Assembly: GCF_001194135.2 (NCBI RefSeq)
Contig: NC_069006.1
Location: 22,728,267 to 22,792,266, forward strand
From: Octopus bimaculoides
Lineage: Eukaryota
Length of the DNA: 64,000 nt
Reading direction: 5' to 3'
The position numbers and the translations under genes were made by a program. Below the pieces are notes generated by a model, which saw only the letters and a program-made list of their open reading frames with translations, was not told where the DNA came from and did no database searches. Numbering within the stretch: position 1 is the stretch's first letter; the number at the start of each line of letters is the position of its first letter. Below are positions 51,767-63,789 of this stretch, piece after piece.

Positions 51767-54700
51767 ATATATTATATACCTTAAAAAGAAATTAAGTTTT
51801 AAAAAATACATTTAAATACTTTTCATTTTAACATTGGTGAAAAAAATGTGACTAACCCCTGTATCCAAAATGTAAAAGGTGTCCTATTTCTTTTAACTCT
51901 TCCCTTTCCATCTTCTCCTTCACAATAACGTTTCCATAAGAGTTCCTGTTGAATCAACCTGAGTATTAACGAACACTGCAAAAGTTTTTTTCTACAAAAA
52001 CTTACTTTTCCATCTGTAAACAGTTTCTTGTGAGTTAGTTACAAAGTTATTTAATCATTTTGATACTTTAGATTCAAAATATAGAACTTTTTTTTTTTTA
52101 ACCTTAGCTTCATTTTATTTGAGGAGAAAGTTACTTTACTTCATTCCTTGAAACTTTTGCTTATTTTAAAAGAATAATTGAAAGACATAACCAAATTTCT
52201 AGTGAAAAATATTCTGTAAGATGAGGCAAGATGACTTGCTGACCTTGTTACTCTGTCAACAATAAACAACCATATCATGGGTCATGTATTTTTATAGCTG
52301 TGAAAGATTTTCTTCATCTGGAGGTGTGGGCACATTTGGAAAAAAAAAAAAAATTTTTTTAATCTATGAATTCGTATTGTTGGCTTTAAGTTGTGGTTAG
52401 TTATATTTCATGTCGAGTAGGCTCTCTGTATTTGTAGTTTAGGCCTAAATGTATACTTTTGTAGGGAGTCTGCAAGCTAAGTCATAACTTCCACAGTTAG
52501 GGATTGAAGTGATGTCTAATTGTCAATCATGCCCAACCTATTACTATTAACTTCCTAGCTGAACAAAATAGTCAATGCCCGATTTTCAGATCATTGTAAT
52601 CACGGCTAATCTCCAAAGAAAAAAAAAAAAAAAAGTTAATTTTAAGATATTGCATACCTTATTTCTGTATATCTCAGGACATGATTCATTATTCCAAAAC
52701 AGTAGGATGTGATTTGAGAGACATTCGGCTACTGTTTCTAGCAGGCAAAACTGAATACACAACTTAATGACAGTTTCTCTTTGATGTGTGAAATGTGAAT
52801 TCTTTGCTAGGTTGTCAGTCACATTTCTTCTATGACTATATTATAAACAAGACAGAAATATCAAACATATTACCTTTTTTTTTTTTTAACCTTTTCTGAT
52901 AAAGACCTTTGCTAAGTACACCAGGATTCTTGTCTCCCCACATCATATACTCTTAACCAAATTTGTAAAGTTTACTAAATAACTTACTAGGTAATTGTAT
53001 TTTAGACTAATGCTTTGGGTGATTGTGCTAAATTGAATCTTCCCCTCCACACACAATCTTCTGCTTGGAACTTCATTCTACTTACTAAAATATCTCTATT
53101 TTCCTAACAGCAAGGAACAAAAAGAAAAATATTTTAACAGACCTTCCCTCAATTTCTCCTATTTTATTTTTTTGGCTCAAAAACCTTCTAATGCTTACGA
53201 TGAAAATTTTTATTCCCCTCTCCCAACATTTTTGGTGTATTTCTCAACTTTGTCACTCACTCTGCCCACTCTACATTCTCTGACATGGCATGTAATATAT
53301 CTTCATTCTGTTTATTTCTTTGTCAGAATCTTTAACAACAAAAGCAACTATTTTTCTACTGCTGTCAGCTTGAATGCTATCGTTTTGATGTTTGTTTAGC
53401 TTGTGATAACTATAATTATTTTATCATTATTTAAAAGAAAAAAAAATGTTTTTATCCACATCTCCTTTCCAAAATCTCTGACTCTCTCTCACACACAAAC
53501 AAATACACACAAAATACTGATTCCAATAAGAAACCTTGAAATTTTACCCCACCTTTCCCAATTTTGGCTTTTTTTTTTTGTTCTTAGATTATCAAAATGT
53601 TTATTTTCTGTCTGTGATCTCTTCTTTATTTAATATATAATTACAAATTCATAATTGTCCCACCTTCCTACTCATTAAATTGGCTGGAAGAAATGAAATG
53701 AAAAGAGAACAAAAAAAAAAATCTCTTAAATATTGGTTGTGACTAGTTTTCTGTTTATATTTACTTAGAAACACTAATTTCCCACTAATCCTGCCTCTCT
53801 CTCTCTCTCTCTCTCTCAATATATATAATACATTGTTTCATAATCTCTGAATATAGTACTTCTGTTAGTCCCATGGTACATATAAAAGGGTCATAGTTAC
53901 CTGTCAATCTGGTGGGGTTTACCTCTTTCCAGGTTACATAAACCTACGGGTAGAGCCAGACTCGAACCTGCAAACTTGTAACATTGAGGGAGCAGTGTGA
54001 ACTGTATCAGTACTTCGAAAATTTGTTCAATAAATATTTTTTTTTTTTCCTTAGCTGTTTTAATGTAATACTGCATAAAGTGGTATTAATAAAATAGAGA
54101 GGGACGTATGTGAAGAAAAAGAAATGGAAATATCCATGGCCTCAATCCTCCCTCCATATTTGTGAGGTGGATGGCCTGATAAACACCACTCATGCCACAG
54201 TTCATTATGCCAATTATAGTGCTAGTTGATTTTGGTAAGGAGTTGCATAGGTTGGCTTGTGAAATCCATATTATCTTGGAAGGTGGGTCAGTGGATATGG
54301 AAATGTAAGTTGATTGTTGTGATATGTTCTGTGCCCTCATTTTAACAATTAGTATCAAACAAGTTTTGAGGTGGGTGGGTTATTTAAAACCAAGTTGAAG
54401 TAAGAAAACCTGCCCCCCTCCCTTTCACACAATACAAGTTACTCTATTTTAACCAACAGTTTATAAGTAGGGAGCATTATTCTAATTCCCCCACCTCCCC
54501 TCATTAACATCCTAATGTCCTGCACAAACTCATTAATTTCTATTTACAAAATTTCCTGCTGTAAAATATGTATAGTCCATATCTTATATATTATGTTTAT
54601 ATATATATATATATATATAAACTTTTTATAAAACTGAGTTTTAAATCTCTCTATATAAATATATATCTTGGTAACAGGGTAATTGTTATATTTGTTATTA

Positions 54701-55150
54701 ATTTTTAAACTTTGTCATTTTTGAATCTTATTTTTTTTTAAACATTGACTACATGTAGTTTCTATGGGTTCTTTTTTTTTTTTTTCTTTTTCTCTCCCTC
54801 AAATTTTTCCTCTAATTTCCCCCCACCCCCACCCCATCCTCTCATCACACTTTTTAAAAACCTACTCAAGAAACGTTCCATTGTACAATTTGACCAGTTC
54901 ATTGGTCACTTCATAAAATCTGTTTGTTTATTGTTCTTCCCTCTCTTCTATACTCCAGCTTCAATTTGTCAAAATTTGTCAGGTTGCAGTGAGTGTAACA
55001 GTAAACTGTTTTTAAAAAAAAAAGTACATCGTTTTCCATGAAAACCCAGCACTTGTGAGTGGAGTTTTATTCCACCAGCCCTGTGGAGTTCCATCCACGA
55101 CTCATGCTACTGACTTACTGCAACCGTTCTATTATGGATTACAAATTGGT

Positions 55151-55186
<36 letters not shown>

Positions 55187-57352
55187 TACACATACATATG
55201 TACTAGCATACATTCAGACAGACACATACATACATGTATACTGAAATGTTGAGGCCAGACAAAGCTGCTGTAAGTACAACAGCAGCTTTGTCACAGATGA
55301 ATTGGGAAGAAAACGGTTTGTGTGGCTGAAACAGATATTGTACTTAAGATTTAACTTTATCAGAGATATATTGAGAAATAAATTTATCTCTTCTAAATTG
55401 TGTTCTTTGATTTTTTTTTTTCTATTGGCACACATACATGGAGCTCCCATCAAAAAAAGACTCTTTAAGAGCTGGTAATTCAATTTTCATTTCTTTTTTT
55501 TAGATTTAACCTACTGGAAATAATCAGACAACATATTGAACAGGGGAATTTTTTTTCTAAAGTGCTACAGGAAGTTAGAAAATGTAGTGTAAGTACAAAG
55601 ACAGCTAACCCATGCAACTTATCCTCACTCAAGTTTTATATATATAAGTGTGAAGCAGATAGGACCATTCAGAATTCCATGAATGTTCTGGAAAATAGGA
55701 CATTAATGCTCACCTAGCCAATGGGATGGCGTCATTTGTAAACTAAATGTAAAAGCGCATTGTAACTAGCAATGTGTTGGTCATGTGATCACGTATTCAT
55801 CTCAGTCGGTATAAACATACACTACATGTGTGTATACATGCGTGTATGTATACATACATAGGCATTTGTGTGTGCATGTATGCACTTGTATGTATGCATA
55901 CTTATATGTACACATATATACATATGTAAGCTATAGCAAAAGAAACTTGCTCAAGGTGCAGTAGGAACCATATTATTGCAGACCGCTTTAACATGCATCC
56001 AAACTTACATCCAGAATGGGGAGTATGGAATTAAGGATGAAATAGAATATAAAGTGTTGTAACTAAACATAAGTTACAACTTCAAGAAGTTATAAAGTTT
56101 AGTTTAAGAAGGAAGATGGGTTCATGGTAGGTTAAAAGGTCAGTATAAATAAAAGATTTTCATACCTTTATGGATTCAAGAATGGTATCTGATTGCATCC
56201 CTTTCATCGTTTTTATGTTGCTTTTCACATTCTAGTAGAGATTGGATCAGACTTCTTCTATGGCTAGATGTTTTTCCTGGCACCAAGCTTTTGTTTTTCA
56301 AGTAAGGTACTTTTTATTCCATTTGATCATGACACATGATAAAACAAACAAGCTGTGGGGTATATTATTTACAGGAGACCATTGTTGCTCAAACAGTTAC
56401 GTAAATCTCACAGAAACAGTTTCTGTCTACCATTTTTGACTCTTGATGTATTAGTCACTCCAAGGCCATTATAGCAGACACTTATCCAAATTGTCATGCA
56501 GTAGGATGGAACCAGAAACGATGTGGTTGTGAAACGAACTTCTTAATCACACAGCCATTCCTATTATGATCTAAATTAAGCTGGAAATAATTAAGGGTGT
56601 TATTTCTAGCAGGTTAAACAACAGTTCTGAGACTCCCTAGTGTGTGTATCTTATGAAATCTATACATTTCTGTATAGTATGACTGAAGAATGCCAGAGTT
56701 GTCTCCCGTACTTGGTGTAACTGTTAAACGAACGAATTAATATCTTTTCTTCATTTCTAGATGGCTTTTTCACTGCACTGAATATACTAAGACCGACCTA
56801 ACAATTGCTTTTCATGCAGAGGACGTCTCTGAGTAATTATCCTTCAACAACCTTGAAGGTAATGTTGACTCTAGTTAGATTTGAACTCACAACGTAAAGC
56901 AATAAAACTAAATAATGTTAGGGCATTTAGTCTATCACTTCACTACTTGAGTAATATTTATTTCTAACTTTGACATACAAATATTTGGAGAAAGGGTATA
57001 GCTGATTGATTCTGACTTCTCCCCTGCCATTACCAAACTAATCAGTCTCAGAAAGTTGAAATGTCAAGTTTAGGTCTTATCATTATTGCCACTCTGACCC
57101 CAGCCTAAATCAGAATTGGAACCCCTTGCTCTTTGGCAAAATTTCATCCACATTTAAATTTAAAGCTATCTGCTGACAAATTCTCTGAAAACCTATAGGG
57201 GGGAAAAAATCACTTTAAGCCTTGATAGTAAAAAATAATTTAATATAAGTTACATACTTAATTGAATCTGTAAAATTAAACATTCATTACTTTCTCAGCA
57301 GTGATAGGGTCCTGTAGTTTCTGAGGTACTTGGATTCCACCTCAGGTATCCC

Positions 57353-57358
57353 TTTATT
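57353..57358 (-). terminator. Candidate polyadenylation signal (AATAAA) of the CFAP74-like gene
   Basis: First minus-strand AATAAA after the stop, about 95 nt downstream. Confidence 0.45.
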
Positions 57359-57451
57359 TTACTGTAAATAAACACTGCAGATGAAGAAATATTTCTTGTT
57401 TTCGTATTTAAGAGAGAAATATAGACATTTGTGAAGAACCTGCATGCTTTG

Positions 57452-57565
57452 CTATGGAGTACAGTTCAGAAGTACAACCGCACATAAATATATTTTTATT
57501 GGGTAGACGGTGGCATCAGATCCTTTCATATTACATGGAAGAATTGTTTTTATGGAATATCCAGG
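57452..57565 (-). CDS. CFAP74: CFAP74-like terminal coding exon (PGYSIKTILPCNMKGSDATVYPIKIYLCAVVLLNCTP*)
   Basis: Strong acceptor ATTTATTTTTTTCAG|, phase 0, TAG stop at 57454-57452; length and pattern fit the CFAP74 C-terminal strand. Confidence 0.75.
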   Translation of the reverse strand, partial: PGYSIKTILPCNMKGSDATVYPIKIYLCAVVLLNCTP

Positions 57566-60500
57566 CTGAAAAAAATAAATTAGACAGAGATTTGATTAGC
57601 GATGACAACTACAATTAGAGTTTGTTCTTCCTAACTAGTGACCTATTTATTCCCCAGACTTGCTTCAAACTTAAGTGAATTTCAATTCCTAAGGTCTCAA
57701 TTCATAAGTATTAGTCATCGATTATAATTCATATTGCCACCTGGTTTGAAACCACCAGTTGGCTTTTAGCTGGAAGAAGGCTATTCTCAGATTTAAAACT
57801 CTGCTGAAGATACCAAGTGTCTGAGATCCTGACACTAGGTGTTTGTCCTTCCTCCTATGACTGATCAATACACAAAAAAGAGAGATCATTCATTCTGCAA
57901 ATGCAATATAGACAAAGCATTCTGTTTCAAATGAACTCTGTTGAAGTCTTTCAAGGAGCAGATAATGATGCTGTTGTTAAATATGGTGGTGTGCTTGGCC
58001 TAAGAAATAAAAGTGTAGGTGTAAATATTGTAAAAAAATATATTCTAAATATTTAGTTTATAATCTGAAATATGTGAAATACTAAGAACAATAACTATTG
58101 TCAGATATTTAAGGGATAAAGAGAGATATCTGTAATCACAATAACTTTGTGATGGACTTTGTTGGTGACAATAAATTCATAGGGTAGCTTGTGGCAGAGC
58201 TGGGTAAGAGTAGAGTGGCTGTGAAGAATGATGGACCTAACATTTGCTCAGATCATTTAGTTGTAGATAAGTTAACTACTCACTACCAAGTGGGAACACC
58301 CCTATTCCTTTCTCTTCCTCACCCTCAGATGAAGGGCAAGGAAACATCTTTAGATTTTCTACTCATAATGTTAAGTAAACTTACCAAACTCTTCTCAAGC
58401 GCTCGTAAGAAATATAGAACTTTAAAACAGTGACTGAATCACCACTCACAAAACTAGTACCATTATTACACCCAGCATTCATATTTCTCTTATGAATATG
58501 TTTATCTGCAATAAAAATAATCTGAAAATTTCTATTATTTACCTTAGAGCCATGTGGTGGGTTCCAGGTTAATATCACTGTTTTCTTTGAACCAGAATCT
58601 AAAGATGCCTGGAAATAGAGCAAAAGATTTCATCATTATTCCCACTACCACAATTACCAAAAGTGGTATCAACACCCTTTACCACCACAACATGCATTTC
58701 CTCTTTCTTCTGTCTTTCTGTATGTCTCTCTCACACATACTTTCTCTCTCATGCACATATTCTCTTTCTCACACATACACTCTCTCCTCAAGCACATATT
58801 CTCTCCCTTACACATATGCATGTGCACGCACGCACACACACACACACACATTCTCACTCTTTGATACCAACATATTTCCACATGTAAAAGATTATTACTT
58901 TGATATTTTACCTTGTGTGGCTCTACGCTGAATCCTTTCGATGTAAAATCACTGGTGACCTCAAAGGAAACCTCTCCTCCCTGTAGGATATATTCATTAA
59001 TGAGAGTTAAAAAAAAAAAAAACCCAGCAAAATTGCAGAAAATGTGAAAAAGTTAAAAGAAAATTACAAACCTTACAAACAATAGCTATTTATTAAATTC
59101 TATCATGGTGAACATTTTGATTTTTTCCTCAATTTCCTATATGACTGAGTGGCAAAGGGGTATATATATATATATAATTTTTAGATACGATGATGATGGC
59201 AATAAATGGATGTACCTTTTTTTGGCTTGAAGACGTGGTATTTATGATGCTGCCAAATGAAAGCTCTTTCTTTACAATGCTACATTTATCTTGTTCAAAT
59301 ATACTCTGTAGATTTACAAGAATTGTGTCATCTGAAAAAACAAAATAACAAATCAATAAAACAGTTGCAGAAAAGATACGTTTTGTTTTGTGTGACTACA
59401 TAGGTTCTCTGCCTGTATTGCTAGTCTTGTTTAGCCCCAGGACTGTCAAAACTGAGTAGATCTTTCACCAAAGGTATTCCAATGGTGAATATCTTGTCCT
59501 GTTAGTGAGTATGTAGGACTACATCAACCAATGTAGCCTTCCTTTTTTAAGATAGTAGGGTGATTTCAGGGATGCTTGGGTGTTATTTCTACCAGATGGA
59601 GAAGCTTTCATCAGTTGTATCTGGAGTAAGTCAACTTGGTGGAACTCATTCATCTTTAGTATATACCTATGGGAAGTACTGCATTTGTCATTGGCACCAG
59701 ATCAACTCAAACTGAGTAGACCTTTAGCATCAAATGCAATCAAGCTGTGACTATTCTGCCATTTCAAGATTTGTATACGATGCCCTTTCTGTCCACTCTA
59801 TGAAAACATGCAAAAGTAACTCACATCCTGAACAAAGGAAACCTACCAGCTACTGGCTTATTGCTTTCATTTCTAACATCTCAGAAGTGATAAAAACAAT
59901 TATAAACAACCACGTTTCCTTTCACCATTAGTCATTATCCCTCTCTCCCCTCTGTGACTGTCATCATAGTTCTTGTTGAGCCATATCTACTAGAGACTTG
60001 CCTTCATATGTTATACATCAGTGACTTTTTGCCTGTGCAAGCTCTGAAGAAAGCAATGTTTGACATGAGAAGCTCATAACTAATGAAACAACTGCAATCG
60101 TCTTTCGTCTCTCGGATTGGGAATCTTCTGAGATTGTCCCATCAAAGTATGCATTAACACAGGCTTTTCTGTCTTGCATGCTATCAGTCAAGTATTGGGA
60201 CTGGTTTAACAGTCTATGCTCCTCTCCCAAAAATCTGAAGTCTTGTCCTATATAAGAAATCATTTACGTAAGTATGTGTGCATGTAGCTACAACTGAAGT
60301 GATATATTGGGCAGCTTACCTTGCATTTGTGAAAGTGCTGAAAGGCTGAGAGATTCAATGGCAGGAACTGGTTTATCATGTTCATCAAAGAAAACTGAAG
60401 TCCCCTTTCCTTGACCAACAACTTGGAAAGAATGGACACAGTTCTGAAAGAAGAGAAGTTTAAAATTGAAACACAGATAGTCCTGTTCATTTTGTCTCCA

Positions 60501-63500
60501 TTAAGATAAATATATTGACTCTTATTTTCATAAGTACATGGGGAATTGGGAGGAGAGAGAATAAAGTTACCTTTTCAAAAGTGTTTATTTTCACAATATC
60601 TGAGAAGGATTTACTCGTGTGGTCAGGTGCAAATGTTATAGTGATCTCTTTGGTACTACCTAAGGGAAAAAGATGTCAGAAAAATAATGCTTTTTTTCTT
60701 CCTCTAAAAAGTAGTAACAAACTGGTCAGGTGTTAGCAACAGTGAATGGGACTTTAGCTAGTTACACTGCAACAAACTGATGATCCTTATTCCAACAGAC
60801 TCTGTTCATGGCCAAAGTTCATTATTCTGTTTTATAAGTCCCATAAATATACATCACTTGAGTTTGACATTAATTTTATCAAGCTCAAAGATGGAACACA
60901 CAACTGGCCAAGATTGGATTTCAGTTCAGAACATCAAGCAAAATATCTAAATGCTGCTAAGCATTATGTTTGATGCTCTACTCTGTGTGTGTGTGTGTGA
61001 GTGTGTGTGTGTTTAAAGATATTAAAGTTTCATGTATTCTATTTATGTTACATATGGTTAAATGAAAACTATGTCTGCATCTGTCATTATTGATATCACT
61101 TTTCATCTTAAAGCCAGAGCTAAATAACAGACGTGTTTGCATCTCAAACTGACAACTAAAAAAACCTTTCAAATAAATGAGAAGGCCTCTATGTTGTTAC
61201 TTGATCTGCAAGAAATAACACCCAAACTTTCCTTCTTATTTTCTGTTTCAAATGACACATTGAATAATGCAGTCTGGAATACTTTGAATTAGAGAAGCGA
61301 TATTCATAGCTAGAATACTCTTGATCAGGGGTCTCTGCTCAACCAGAACTGGTTTACTGACTCAGACAAAGAGAATAAGAAACACACAATCTTAATAAAA
61401 GCAGTAATATAGTAATGGTTTCTCCTTACCAGCTGCAATCTGTCCAGAACTGGGGACCAAGTCAAACACATTCAAGCCATTATAATTCTGTATGCCTACA
61501 ATAAAGAAACTTATTCATATTTACAGAAATGAGTTCCCAGAGTGAATTAATGCTTGGTTTGGTAACATACTATACTTTTGCTAAGATAAGATGTGATTGG
61601 TACTTATTATTTTGACTACAGATAAACAAAAAAAAAAAAAATATTGGACTAAAAGTTTTATAATATTTGAAAAATAAATCTCTGCAGTTATTTAATCATT
61701 ATTTTCACAAGTTTCAACATTAAGTAGATTAATAATAACTTTACAATATTCAGTTTTATCTTGTGTATGCTCTGTGTATACCTTCGAAGGTAAGAACTTT
61801 GCAGGCATTTTTGGACAGTTTATATTCACTAACTTTCAAAGAAGACCAGCGTTAGTTTCCTTATATCTTCCTGTTTACTTTATTAAAAAGGGAGAACAAC
61901 AACTGATAAAAATAAAACAAACAAAAAAAAAAAAAGCAAAAAATAAATTGAAAGTGTTACCAATGAAAGGTTTTAAAGGTTGGTGTGGAAAATTCTGTCG
62001 AAGGGGTTTGTATACGGTGTTAACTGGTTGAATGTTCCATTCAGTATCTTTGGAATATTGATCAGATATACTTGCCAGTTCAATGGTGAAGTCAATACTA
62101 ATTGGTGAGAGATTCTGGATCTACAAAATATAAACACAATGTCACATTCTGCATATTTGAGCACATTTAGTCTTGCTGTGTGCCGAGTGCACATATAATT
62201 CTAGTCTACTCTCATCTTTGTCAGCATAGCAAGCCATTGATTTTAACTTGGGATCTGTCTTTCATCCGATATGATCAGCATTGATGCATCTAATATTAAT
62301 TCCCAAGTTTATCATTTATTACATCAAACAGGAGGATTTGAAATATAGAAGACACTTGTCCAAGGCACCTAGGTAACAGAAACTATCTACAACCTCAAGA
62401 GCTTCCTGGGCATTTGAGAGAGTCTAATTCCTGTGTACCCTTAATGTTTATTAATCCTGCACATCTGCCACATACAAAGACAACTTTATCTGTTAATCTA
62501 TCTGTGATTCCATTGCACCTCTCATGTGTTCATAGCTTACACTGGGTGCAGCGAATGGAATTACTTTCAACTCCTTTCCTACATACTGTGCAGAGCCATT
62601 TACCTGACGGAAAGAGAGCCTTGTCTGTTTCCTTGCTAACTACAGCTTTGGTCTTTGCTAGGTTAACTTTAAGGCCCTTTGATTCCAGGTTTTGTTTCCA
62701 TGCCTGGAATCTTTTCTCCAATTCTACTACAGATTCTGCAATAAGAGCCAGGTCATCAGCATATAGTAGTTCCCATAGACATCCAGTTTTGAATTCCTCT
62801 GTTGTGGCCTGGAGGACTATGATGAATAAGAGTGGACTGAGAACTGAACCCTGGTGAACCCCAACTTGTATGCTAAATTCTGTATTCACATATTCATGAC
62901 AATGATAATGATAAAGATGATGAGGATGATTTATCTGGCATCACAGAAACATAACTGAAACATAATCTTCAAGGTTTTCCCAGTAGAGAACATAAATTAC
63001 CGTAAATGTTTTGTTGTAGAATTCTCCAGCATTAATGCAGCCCATATCAAAGATGCTGCCCTCAAATGAGAACTTCAGATTTGGAACAATTCCAACCCCA
63101 GTTACCTTGACATACACACATGATAATGCTGACTTGATCTGGAGGACTTCATAAAACTGAAAAAGATAGTTAACGATAGTATGGTAGTTAGAAATTGTCA
63201 ATGTGAGAAAAGGAAAAGGCTTGACATTTTGGGCTTAGACTTTATCGAAAAATCCCAGCCCTTTCTCCTCTCACAAAGCCATATAGTGTAAAACAAAATT
63301 TTAAAAAAAAAATGCTAAGCAGTAATATTATCTGATGTGCAGCATACAGAGACAAGTTAAATTCATTCTAACTTAATTGTTACTTCAGCAACTAAATTCT
63401 CATAATGAAACATATATCATACCTCTTCACCAGTGGAAGGAGAGAAGGAAATAATTAATGAATGTATATCATTTGGTTGTAGAGTTGGGAAGGAATTTTT

Positions 63501-63542
63501 GATCAGAAAGGGTCCATTTGTGTTGAAAACTGATGTGGAGAG
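57452..63542 (-). CDS. CFAP74: Cilia- and flagella-associated protein 74-like (ASH/Hydin-type Ig-like repeats), 3' ten coding exons, 5'-partial: complement(join(57452-57565,58543-58608,58912-58980,59216-59331,60320-60443,60571-60659,61430-61495,61961-62120,63001-63156,63423-63542)), 1080 nt = 359 aa + stop
   Basis: Ten GT-AG-bounded exons join in one open frame. The peptide order matches my recollection of the CFAP74 C-terminus (NGPF..L, FDMG.I.AGE, IQN.S, G.QN.NG..VF...P..G, ITFAPDH.S..FSD, P.ESL, REL..G, KGFSVEP, K.TV..TW.PP). The family assignment is from memory, not from a database search. Confidence 0.85.
58543..58608 (-). CDS. CFAP74: CFAP74-like exon (ASLDSGSKKTVILTWNPPHGSK)
   Basis: Acceptor CTATTTCCAG|, donor AAG|GTAAAT, 66 nt. 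Confidence 0.86.
58912..58980 (-). CDS. CFAP74: CFAP74-like exon (GGEVSFEVTSDFTSKGFSVEPHK)
   Basis: Acceptor TATCCTACAG|, donor AAG|GTAAAA, 69 nt. Confidence 0.85.
59216..59331 (-). CDS. CFAP74: CFAP74-like exon (DDTILVNLQSIFEQDKCSIVKKELSFGSIINTTSSSQKK)
   Basis: Acceptor TTTTTTCAG|, donor AAG|GTACAT, 116 nt, phase 1-0. Confidence 0.83.
59790..60200 (+). mobile_element. Highly decayed non-LTR retrotransposon RT fragment (antisense to CFAP74)
   Basis: The plus strand reads ...SYWLIAFISNISEVIKTIINNH...LCDCHHSS..AISTRDLPSYVIHQ, a degenerate form of NYRPIAL.S.ISKV.E.IIN...LSD.QYGFR..RSTGDLL. Confidence 0.6.
60320..60443 (-). CDS. CFAP74: CFAP74-like exon (NCVHSFQVVGQGKGTSVFFDEHDKPVPAIESLSLSALSQMQ)
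   Basis: Acceptor TTCTCTTCTTTCAG|, donor G|GTAAGC, 124 nt. Confidence 0.87.
60571..60659 (-). CDS. CFAP74: CFAP74-like exon (GSTKEITITFAPDHTSKSFSDIVKINTFEK)
   Basis: Acceptor TTTTTCCCTTAG|, donor AAG|GTAAC, 89 nt; ASH-domain-like F.PDH motif. Confidence 0.88.
61430..61495 (-). CDS. CFAP74: CFAP74-like exon (GIQNYNGLNVFDLVPSSGQIAA)
   Basis: Acceptor TTTATTGTAG|, donor G|GTAAGG, 66 nt, phase 1-1. Confidence 0.87.
61961..62120 (-). CDS. CFAP74: CFAP74-like exon (IQNLSPISIDFTIELASISDQ...LKPFI)
   Basis: Acceptor TATTTTGTAG|, donor G|GTAAC, 160 nt, phase 0-1. Confidence 0.85.
62365..62895 (-). mobile_element. RTE-clade LINE reverse transcriptase fragment in a CFAP74 intron
   Basis: ORF 62530-62889 has GVHQGSVLSPLLF, LLYADDLAL and GLKVNLAKTK, then a Cys-rich stretch and a frameshifted EVVDSFCYLG. 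Confidence 0.93.
63001..63156 (-). CDS. CFAP74: CFAP74-like exon (FYEVLQIKSA...FSFEGSIFDMGCINAGEFYNKTFT)
   Basis: Acceptor TCTTTTTCAG|, donor ACG|GTAATT, 156 nt; lies within ORF 62941-63201. Confidence 0.88.
63423..63542 (-). CDS. CFAP74: CFAP74-like exon (LSTSVFNTNGPFLIKNSFPTLQPNDIHSLIISFSPSTGEE)
   Basis: Acceptor TTTGATAG|, donor GAG|GTATGA, 120 nt, phase 0-0. Confidence 0.85.
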
Positions 63543-63789
63543 CTATCAAACAGATTAAGGACAATAAGATAATACTGAGTCATTGAAAGCAAAATAAAAT
63601 TAAAGGGTTCCACACATTTTTAACACAACCATGTTAAATGATTTGGCCAACTGAAATAGAAGTTGATATCTTTTATTTAAAAGGACTTCTTCATGGTCCC
63701 TGACTGGGAAGAAATTTCTACCCTAAAAGGTTTAACTAAAATTAATGAAAGGCCTGTGAAGAACTATCAAATATTGGCCATCAGTCAGG

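Noticed and set aside
50981-51815. Long ORFs of 276 aa (also 4248-4787 and 22724-23224)
   Set aside because: They consist almost entirely of assembly-gap Ns.
53951-53975. tRNA-like box B (GGTTCGAGTC on the minus strand)
   Set aside because: No cloverleaf and the T-stem does not pair. At most a SINE-head remnant. SINE heads elsewhere were likewise not called tRNA genes.
57361-57451. Alternative CFAP74 terminal exon (QSMQVLHKCLYF...)
   Set aside because: Weaker acceptor and a poorer fit than 57452-57565; it is simply the proximal 3' UTR.
61782-61870. AG/GT-bounded exon-like segment in a CFAP74 intron (RYKETNAGLL*KLVNINCPK...)
   Set aside because: All three frames contain a stop, 89 nt would shift the frame, and the flanking exons already join correctly. 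There is no support for readthrough or selenocysteine.
62414-62857. 147-aa plus-strand ORF
   Set aside because: It is the antisense shadow of the RTE reverse transcriptase fragment.
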